A stretch of DNA of 57,612 nt, filler included, from Sphacelaria rigidula (taxonomy: Eukaryota), in the NCBI GenBank assembly GCA_964200075.2. It is 8 parts of 8 records of this genome, joined end to end, with 100 filler letters (N's around TTAATTAATTAA, not from the genome) between each part and the next. Parts side by side here need not be neighbours in the genome. Positions count along the whole stretch, not along the records: positions 43,287 to 50,399 come from CAXNAA020016421.1; positions 50,500 to 57,612 come from CAXNAA020016422.1; 6 more parts are not named here. The stretch is one strand, 5' to 3'. Numbering within the stretch: position 1 is the stretch's first letter; each line of letters begins with the position of its first letter. The notes under the pieces were generated by a model, which was given only the letters and a program-made list of their open reading frames with translations, did not search any database and had not been told where the DNA came from. The translations under genes were made by a program, and so were the position numbers. This document shows, in pieces, positions 49,201 to 57,612 of the stretch.

Positions 49201-49400
49201 GCTCTCAGAGCTCACCCAGGGTGAATATGAGCTGATGAGCTACGGGTTGGTAGCTCACGTAGGGATAACATGCGTAGCTCATGTGGCTCTTGAAGCTCAC
49301 CCAGGAAAAATAATGCGTAGCTCATGTAGCTCTCATACGAGGGAGCTACGCTGAAACAGAGCTAACTCGAGCTACACGGAGCTGATCTGTCCGACATGTG
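46238..49400. mobile_element. TIR element with AGCT-rich ~85-bp repeat arrays (46250-46790 and 48895-49385) in coaX intron 2
   Basis: Termini aacacgtcggacag / ctgtccgacatgtg; flanks CAAGTATC and CAACTATT; unit gatgagctacgggttggtagctcacccaaggcaaacatgcgtagctc in the same orientation in both blocks. Confidence 0.65.
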
Positions 49401-49996
49401 CAACTATTGGTATTTGACGATTCGCAATATATGTATACGTAGTAATGGAAGATGAACAAAAAGTAAGATACGCCTGGATGTTTTGTAGCGTACGCGATCA
49501 TAACATGTTTCCAAGATTATCGTAATCGCCCAACGGCAGCGTTCTCCGACGCGCGGACTCGAACGTTGTATAAAGAATAAGTAAAGTGCCGGCCCGCTCA
49601 GAAGAGAGCTATTTTGAGCGAGACTCAAAACCCTACTCTGGCAGCCAACATGAGCGTTATTTCTCATCTCATCATTCAATCTATTCCTATTTTGAAAATT
49701 TCCTATCCCACCGAGCAATTTCTTCACGTTTCTTACACCGGTTATTCTTCATACGTACGAAATTTCGTTGCACGATATTGATCGATTCCCTGCCGCTCTA
49801 TTTCTTACGGAAAATGTCTCAGTTTTTCGAAAATCTGAGGCTCAATTTCTCACGAAGACATTTTTTATGAGCGGGCCAGCACTGTATACACACATGTTGT
49901 TGTTTCCTTGCCACCTCGTCGTCAGTTGCTTACTTTACCCCACTTCCTTACGTGGCTACTCTTAACCGCAGTTGTATCGCATTATCCGATCATCAG

Positions 49997-50238
49997 GCAA
50001 GCGATGGACCAGGACAAGCTGCTGCAACAGCTGGGGAAGACGAGTCGAGCGCATGCCTACGACTCAATCCCAGAAGGTTCAAGGTAGCATCGGTCGTTCC
50101 GAGGGAGCTTGCACTGTGGCTGCGGCGATGCCCGGGTGTCCGACCCATCACATCCCAAGAGGCCCTCGCCGGCGTTGAGAACTATGCAACCCTTGGCGTC
50201 GACAGGGCCTTGGCCGTGCGTGGAGCGGCATGCGTGGG
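49997..50238 (+). CDS. coaX: Type III pantothenate kinase exon 3 (gene continues beyond the contig)
   Basis: cag|...|gtaaat: ...FKVASVVPRELALW...YATLGVDRALAVRGA; SVVP and LG.DR are CoaX motifs. Confidence 0.85.
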
Positions 50239-51014
50239 GTAAATCATGATAGTTTTGTCCACTAACCGTTGTGCTGCAACATGGCGTCTTCTAACGTGAT
50301 TTTTCGATGAAAAGAGTAGATCAGCCAAAGCAAACATTGAATGGAAGAGGGGGGAGGAGGGGGGAGGGGTGTACTCATGATCATGCATGCCATAGTCATN
50401 NNNNNNNNNNNNNNNNNNNNNNNNNNNNNNNNNNNNNNNNNNNTTAATTAATTAANNNNNNNNNNNNNNNNNNNNNNNNNNNNNNNNNNNNNNNNNNNNT
50501 CCGGCGACAACCCGGCGTGCTCCGTCCCGGCATTGTAGGGATGCGAGGTCAATGGTCTGATGACTACGGCATGCATGATCATGAGTACACCCTGACTCCT
50601 GCTGTACTATTTCTATTGCTACTATCATGCCATGAATAAATACTCTCAATAAAATGGGGGATAACGCTCATCCTTATGCAGCTTCTTGTAAAATATCAAA
50701 TGTTTTTTAAACAAGCCAGCGCGGAACCTTGCGCTTCGCTCCGGTCCCGCGCTTTCCGCACGGTTTCCGCACTTTTGTCGAGAAAAAGGTGTGAACCTCG
50801 CCAAGCCCTAGTGGGAGAACAGACTTATTCCGACATGCATAATGTTTTATATGGGGAAAAAATGTGAATAATTTGAAAAGACACTGCGGGTATGAACGAT
50901 GAGTAGATGTGGATATAAAAAACCGGAACTGAGAAACCTTGGAGTACAACGTAGTATTATGGATGTACGACTAGAGGGTACATCACCATATACTTCATGT
51001 CGTCACGTTCCGAC

Positions 51015-51690
51015 ACGTTCACACACGCTCCCAGTCACGTCACCATCGACTTGCTTTTCTACACCTCCGTTCACGGTTGCAAACGTTTCGACACCTAGAG
51101 TACCTGCCTGCATACACTCCGTTCGTCGATACATGACCTTGCCCAGCATTCTTCGCCCCCGTCTGGTGTTGCGTGAAGGTCGGGCGAATGACGATAAGGA
51201 GGCGTTGGCAAAAATGCTGCTGCGCTCTCGTGTGTCGTTACAATTTTATATACTGCTCACTCAGTTCGTCGGTACATAATGTAGGGTTAGGGGTGGGATC
51301 CGAGCATTCTCCGCCGCCTCCCATTTCGAGTGCAAGATCGGGCGAACATCGATAAGAAAGTGTATGCAAAATGCCCCGCTCTCGTGCGAAATGTCGGTAA
51401 GGAGGCGTGCGCAAAATAGTCAGCTCTCGTGCGCCCATACACACTCCCACTCACATCACCATACACTTTTTTTCCCGTACAAAAACAGACGTTCCGATAT
51501 CTTCGTACAACACGTTCCGACACGGGCATTCACACCTACATACACTCACTTCATCGGTACATTACGTTGCCGAGCATTCTTTGCCCCCTCTCTTTTCGAG
51601 TAAAGGTCGGGCGAATGTCGATAAGGAGGCGTTGGCAAAATGCTGCGCTCTGCTATATCGTCACAATTTTATATACTTGCTACTTCCCCA
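51015..51690. repeat. Degenerate direct duplication (~420-bp period) with a partial middle copy
   Basis: aaggtcgggcgaatg.cgataaggaggcgttggcaaaa...caattttatatact at ~51176 and ~51603, partial at ~51335. Confidence 0.75.
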
Positions 51691-51717
51691 TGTAGCATCA
51701 TAGCACTTGTCGTACAC

Positions 51718-52560
51718 TCATCATAATTTTCACCGTTCTCCATGTCTTTCCTCTGGTCCGAGTTTCCCACATCTTTCCGCACAGCCCATTTCTCCATACT
51801 GTGCCATAGGTCTTCTGTACGTCTAGAAGGGAAAGGTACGTTGTTAGGCCCGAGTCTTTCGTACCTTGAATAATTTTGACCAATGTGTACGCATGATCTA
51901 CGCAGATACGGTTTGGTCTAAACCCTCCTTGCTCCTCACTGATTTTTTCTTCTTTCTCCAGCATCGTTCCCACTCTATCGTTCAGAATCTTGCACAATGT
52001 TTCACGGCTCGGACGAATCATCCCCGAAACGAATCGCCAGATCCACGATTTTTCAGACATGATAGCTCAACAAACAGAAAAAAAGTTTACCAGTGGTCAA
52101 AAAGATCTCCACGCAATTTTTGCGCCATTCCACGTGCCTGGGCTGCGCGTACCTGGGTTGCAACGCTGAAAACAAAGCCTAAGAATTGATTCGCACGGTA
52201 CGAATCAATCACACTAAAATAAAGTAATTTTCAGACAAAACATTAATTCGACCGACCCGTGCAATGTTTCCCCTACGGTGCTCAGTAGCGTTATCCCTCT
52301 ATAATTCCCTGGGTCAGCCCTGTCTCCTTTCTTGAAAAGGTTTAAAACTACTCCAATTCGCCACCACTTGGGTGTGGATTCGTTTTCCCAGATCCAACCA
52401 TACAACATAATCATCATGGTGATCATTCCTTCTTTCCCGTGCTTCATAAACCCACGAACTATTTCGTCTGCCCCTGCTGCCTTCCTATTCTTGAGTTTAG
52501 CTACACACTCCTCTACTCCGTCTCTTGTGAACACTCTCTGCGATTCTTTTGAATCACTGT
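51718..52560 (-). mobile_element. LINE reverse-transcriptase fragment interrupted by a MITE
   Basis: KLKNRKAAGADEI, LFKKGDRADPGNYRGITLLSTVGETL | CKILNDR, ISEEQGGFRPNR.CVDH, LDVQKTYGTVWRNGL; the frame is restored by removing 52003-52261 and one TSD. Confidence 0.9.
52003..52261 (+). mobile_element. hAT-like MITE, 16-bp TIRs, perfect 8-bp TSD CAATGTTT
   Basis: CACGGCTCGGACGAAT...ATTCGACCGACCCGTG; CAATGTTT at 51995-52002 and 52262-52269. Confidence 0.93.
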
Positions 52561-53435
52561 GTTCCGGTGTTGATGCCTCTACATTTGCCTCTGCCCACGA
52601 ACCTCTTGTGGACGGGGGGGGGAGGGGGCAAAAGCCGGGATGCGATCTCGGGTACTCGATTTGTTTTGTGGATTCCAGGACGTTTTATGACCCTATGCTG
52701 TCGTGCTGTAATACTTGGAAGTAGCGGTGACACACACAGCTCGTTGAGAGAGAATATACACGTTGGTTATTTCATCTGGCAGCAATGCGAATAATCTCCG
52801 CTGAACAGCAAAACAAGTTGGGACATGAAATCAGCGCACCTTCCTCTGATGAATCGGCGTTTAAGCCATAGGCCGAGTATACCCGAGCAGATAACGCGCA
52901 CACTTGCAGGTTTGCTCTGGTCATTTTGATTCTCCATCATGCCTCAACCAAACGATGTTTTGACAGTTGTATTTTGTCAACGTTTACACCAAGTAATTGT
53001 TTTTTTCGGCACGTGGAACGACCTCTGATAAGTGAACGTTGTGGGGAGACTGTGCTCCCACGCCAGATTGGCTACCTTGAGGGTTGTGCTCCTGCTCTAA
53101 CTTTAAGTGCCTCGGTTCGTGGATGTGTAGCAGTAGTGTGGAGCATACACAGGTGGATACTTCTCGGGACAATCAGTCTCTCCTGGGCACCAGACAGCTA
53201 GCGCGGTGTTGGTCGTGGGAAATGACCGTCGTGGATATTGTCTAGGGGACCAGAAATACGGAACCCCAGGACCGTGCGCTCCATGTTGGTGTAATTTCTT
53301 CCGCTCCACGTGCGACGGATGAATGGCTTGCATTACATTATGTCATGGTTTGAATTTGTGACCAGCTGTCGTTTGTAGACCATCGTTTCATCCCCGTAAA
53401 CGACTGCGATGAAACCAACGAACTCCCGCATGCAG

Positions 53436-54869
53436 GTGGCTGCCGCTATGTCACTGGTGAAGGCTACCCTTGACGCGGAAAAGACTCAAGAAGCACAGAC
53501 TAGAAAACAGCAGGCTCGCGAACGACGACTCGCCCAACAACAACAACAACAACAAATACAACAACAAATACAACCGGAGGACAAGCCACCTGCAGACGAA
53601 GCCGGTACAAAAATACCGTGCGGTGGTAGCAGCTCCGACGGCACAGGTCCTGGTCAGAGAGACAACACTGCGAACTCTCCAGATCCTGGGCGCATCGCGG
53701 CATCATCCCCGGCATCGGCGTCGGAACATTCACCAACAACCCACGGCCGAGGTGACGTGCGAGAGTTTTCTGTGTCGGCGGTGCAACAATCGTCCCTCCA
53801 GCCCACCGATCGCTCTTCCCCCGGCGCCGTTGCCGCTGGCTCCTTCCTGAGCCCGTCGGCGGTATCATCATTTGCCAGCACCCCGCCGGGAACACACGAT
53901 ACAAGGGCAGTGGTTGATGGTGGAGGAGCTTTGCTGTCCACGAAGGCGGCGATCGAGTCCCACGATCTTCTCGAGGGCTTGCTTCTTGCGGATGCCGCCG
54001 TCGCGGCAACGGCGGTGGCGGGTAATCGGGACGTGGCGGCAGCCGGCGTTTTTGCTGCCGACGAGGGAGCGAAGCGACAACATGATAAGCAGAAGCAGGC
54101 GCAGTTGTCACCGCAGCAGCAGCAGCAGGACAAGAAGAAGAAGAAAAAGAAGAAGAAAAAGCAGCAGCACGGAAACGGACTCGGCGCGGCGGCCTCTCGT
54201 ACAACCCAGACGACCGCCATCCCAAGCGCATTCCCTAGCCCCCTCGCGTGCTCTTCTGAAGACTCGGCCACCGCCACCTTTTCCTCCGTCAGCCCCCGCC
54301 TAGCAGCAACCACTACAACCAGCACGACGCGTTCGCCACTGCGGCCGCCGCCTACCCCACCCGGTCCATCACCTGCCGACGTAGAGGCCGAGCGCTTGCT
54401 CAAGATGCTCGTCGCGGCCGAGACACGCTCCTCGTCGGCGACGGCGGCGGTGACGGCGGGCAATTCCAGCGTTAAGAGCAGGGCAACAAGAAGGCTTTCT
54501 CCACGTACTACCGCATCGACGGTCGAGCACAGGAATGGCTTCCCTTCGGGCGCCGCTGCCAACGCCGGGGCTTCAGCTTCGTCTGCTGTCTCACCCGTCC
54601 CCTTTGTTTTAGACGGGGGTGGGCGCCGCGGAGCCGCCGGCGGTGCCAAGACGAAAATGTTGGACTCGGGTGGTGGCGTCGCAAGCGGGGTTGGCGGCGG
54701 CGCGGGGGCAAGAGGTGGCGGTGGTGCGGCTCCATTGTGTTCCACCAACGCACGTGGCGGGCCCACCGGATCGGTGCTGAACTCGACGTCTTTGGGAGTC
54801 CGTGCTGGGGTGGGTGGAGGCGGAGCAGAATATTTCACGTCTAGCAGCGGCATTCGCGTCAGGCTTTGA
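53436..54869 (+). CDS. Probable terminal exon of an unknown protein; low complexity (poly-Q, poly-K, S/A/G/P-rich)
   Basis: gcatgcag|GTG acceptor; 477 codons to TGA; GC-rich coding-like composition; followed by GT-rich UTR-like sequence. Confidence 0.75.
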   Translation: MAAAMSLVKATLDAEKTQEAQTRKQQARERRLAQQQQQQQIQQQIQPEDKPPADEAGTKIPCGGSSSDGTGPGQRDNTANSPDPGRIAASSPASASEHSPTTHGRGDVREFSVSAVQQSSLQPTDRSSPGAVAAGSFLSPSAVSSFASTPPGTHDTRAVVDGGGALLSTKAAIESHDLLEGLLLADAAVAATAVAGNRDVAAAGVFAADEGAKRQHDKQKQAQLSPQQQQQDKKKKKKKKKKQQHGNGLGAAASRTTQTTAIPSAFPSPLACSSEDSATATFSSVSPRLAATTTTSTTRSPLRPPPTPPGPSPADVEAERLLKMLVAAETRSSSATAAVTAGNSSVKSRATRRLSPRTTASTVEHRNGFPSGAAANAGASASSAVSPVPFVLDGGGRRGAAGGAKTKMLDSGGGVASGVGGGAGARGGGGAAPLCSTNARGGPTGSVLNSTSLGVRAGVGGGGAEYFTSSSGIRVRL

Positions 54870-54879
54870 GGGGATATTT

Positions 54880-54960
54880 GGGCGTGTTTGTGTGTTGGTG
54901 TGTGTATGTAGGTATGTGTGTATATATGTGGATATGGGTACGTGTATGTGTGTGTGTACT
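54880..54960. repeat. Degenerate (GT/AT)n microsatellite
   Basis: Seen directly. Confidence 0.8.
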
Positions 54961-56974
54961 CCGTGCGCGCGGCTCCGAAGTGATGAAGTCGATGTGTCGG
55001 TACGGCCATGGTATGCGGTCAGGATGGCGCGATGGACTCACATTGTTTCGGGAAATATGTTCGTATGTTGTTGGGAATTTGTCCCTGATGGATGAGAACA
55101 AAAATGCAAAAAGGAGGGGGGGGTGTAGGGTGCGAGTGGACGTGAATCGCGTGTGTGCGTGTGTGTTGCGGGGGGGCGAGGGGGGGGGGGGGGGGCAGAC
55201 GGATTTTATGCGTTCGGTGTTTCCTTGTTGATGTACGCGGAGTGGATTTCCTGCTTTGTGCATGGTTCCCTTTTCTCTTGTGATTGCACCGAAGTTCCTG
55301 GACGAGGAGGACTTGAGCGGTGGCCCAAGGAGGGAGGGGGCGGAGTGTGTAGGGTCCAGAGGGGGAAGTAGACAGAATGCCCGGACTTTGTTTATGCCAT
55401 TGCCGAGGGAAGCGGAAACATGAAGCATGCTCTATCCTCTCTAATTTGTCTCCGTCGTTGCAGAACGTGGTGTTGCGAATGGCGGGAGAAAGAAATTTTG
55501 TCTTGTGTGTAGCATGTCTAGCTGTTGATTGGTTACAACGGCCGCGGCCGTGAAGTCATGAGCGTTTGCGGGCGACACGAGTAGTAGCACGATGAGGATG
55601 CTTTCCTATCCCATCCGTGACATTTTATCTTTGGAGTGCATGCGTGGTGGTTTGAGCCGTTCGCAGCGCTGGTATCGGGGAGGGCTCGTGTCGTGAAACT
55701 GTGCTGTTTTATATATGTATATGCGCGTACATGGATACTAGTACTCCTGGTGCTAGGGCGGGGGGTGGTTACATCAAGCTTGGAAGATGGTGTACGAGTA
55801 CCGTATCGTGCGCGCTTGGACTCGACGTGAAAGTCGTTACACATTCGAAGTGATGCGTGAGAGCGCTGTTTCCTCGAGTGTAGCCATTTCTCGGAAGACA
55901 GACGACGTTGTGAGAACATGCTTGTGAGGGAATTGCCATGGGTAGGGTTAGCGTGTATGTGCACAAAAGCTGGAGAAAATAGTTTGTTCATTCATCCATC
56001 TTTCTTTCAAAGCTCGGGGGAAAAAGACCACTGTGGTGTGCTGTACAACACAGCCCTGCATTACATTACTCGTATAGGCACGATCAGAGGTGTTGAGCTA
56101 CCGCTGGAGTTGGTTTTCCACTTGAAGCTTTGAAGGGCGCCGGGAGATCACCACAACAATCGCCCTCGCGTCATTCCGTGAGCGATGATCCACTGTTCTC
56201 AACAAATGGGAAATTCCCATGAGCTATCGATGAGATCAGGCGTACATTGCAGTCATGGACAAGGCGTAACCGCACTTCATCTATCCACGAGGCCATCCGA
56301 AACCCTATAAAAGTCAAGGGAAAGGAGGAACGTGACATCTGGTCTAGCCTGCAGATAGCGCCTTCCTGATGGTTGAAAGGCTGAAACGTGCCCCGGTGAA
56401 AAATTGCCGAGCGGTGCTCCCCATAAGCCGGAATTTTTTATACCCTTTCCAGTGCCCATATGATTTTGTTGAAAACTCCCCGGGTGTGCATGACTCGAAA
56501 CATCGTGGAATGTATGTGTGCGTGTACGTGTACAAGCTGAGCCGGCGAAGAGCAGGTGGATATCGCCGAGCGCACCTCAATGTTATCGACACGAGGCTTG
56601 CAATTTCGACGGGTGATTTGCACGATACTTAACGACACAGTATGACCGACCCCCATTTTCTTCTTTTTTTCCCGCCGAGATACAGCCAACCAACCCAAAT
56701 GAAATGAGATACGGCCAACCCGACCTGGTTGGTTTTATCTTGGATGGGGAAAAAAGGATGGGTGAGTAGCATCGCAGCATTCAGATCCGAACTTGGAAAT
56801 TTCAGCTACAGTAGAGGGCGGTCCAACTACTCATTTTGTGGCATTTTGTGATTTTTTCGTAATTGGCGACTTTCTTGGGCTCTTTTCGCTTGCCACCGCT
56901 TATCACATTGGGGATCTGAAGATGTTTGCTTCCGCTCCACATTCGAAGAAAAAAGAAACATATGTACTCAATAG

Positions 56975-57245
56975 GGAGTGACTTACGGGCCGACCGGTTA
57001 TCGGGGATCCTGCGACGTTTCAGCCCAGATTCTTACTCTTCGGTTTTTTCGGTCGATCGCGCCTGTCCCGATCATATTTGTGAAGAAATGTACAGTTCCA
57101 GTTTTCGGAAATTCCACCTATTCATTGCACGAGAGCCGAAAAGCTATGTTTCACGGCCAATAACACCCTCCTGTCAACCGGGGTATTTATTCGTATCGCC
57201 GGCTAACACCAACGAACACTGACTTGGGCACTGTCTTTCGAGGAT
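56975..57245 (-). repeat. Dispersed repeat, homologous to 41470-41795
   Basis: Reverse complement matches, e.g. caataacaccctcctg...aaccgggg...cgtatcgcc versus ggcgatacg...gggtgttattg. Confidence 0.75.
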
Positions 57246-57612
57246 GATATGTTTACAGTATTGTACCAAAATCCAGCGACGCTAGCAATCTCGAGTTCTA
57301 TCGAAGAGTAGTACGCGAGGAAAGCCCCAAAACACCCTTGAATAGTTAGACCGCCCACTGCGAGTGGGCCAGCCAGAAAATCCACATTCCTCCGGCACAT
57401 ATGATGACTTTTTTCAGTTTCCCGAATCAGCCCAATATAAAAACATCGCAGTGAACTGCATATCAACCAATTGATGACGCGCTCGGCCGCTCTTGAGAAA
57501 AGAACAAGCATTTCCGAGTGATGCCGAGGTACCCCCCCCCCCCTCCCCCCCGAAAAGGAAGGAAAGGAAAGGGGCCAACGACCAAGGCAAACAAGACAAA
57601 AAAAACCACGTA

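Noticed and set aside
53500-55009. 451-aa and 243-aa minus-strand ORFs
   Set aside because: Antisense to a GC-rich low-complexity exon; they translate microsatellites

Overview
This is eukaryotic, repeat-rich genomic DNA. Long GT-AG introns, a TKL-type kinase and the transposon content suggest a brown alga or other stramenopile; that assignment is inference. The window is not one locus. It is eight unrelated contigs of descending length (7115, 7115, 7114 x4, 7113 x2 bp) joined by artificial 100-nt N44-TTAATTAATTAA-N44 spacers, and most contig ends fall inside repeats. Host genes supported from the sequence: three exons of a TKL/LISK-like protein kinase (+), five phase-0 exons of a large coiled-coil protein (-), three exons of a cyanobacterial-type type III pantothenate kinase (CoaX-like, +), and a low-complexity terminal exon (+). 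The rest is mostly mobile-element material: many MITE/foldback families (hAT-like with 8-bp TSDs, pogo/Tc1-like, nested elements), LINE and Ty3/gypsy RT relics, and tRNA-headed SINE-like elements. The most notable signals are (1) an in-frame LINE-RT/gypsy-RT chimera joined at RT motif A, (2) the spliced cyanobacterial-type coaX, and (3) a tRNA-headed SINE-like family with a shared core and a conserved T6 run just after the B-box. Protein family calls rest on recalled motifs, not database searches.
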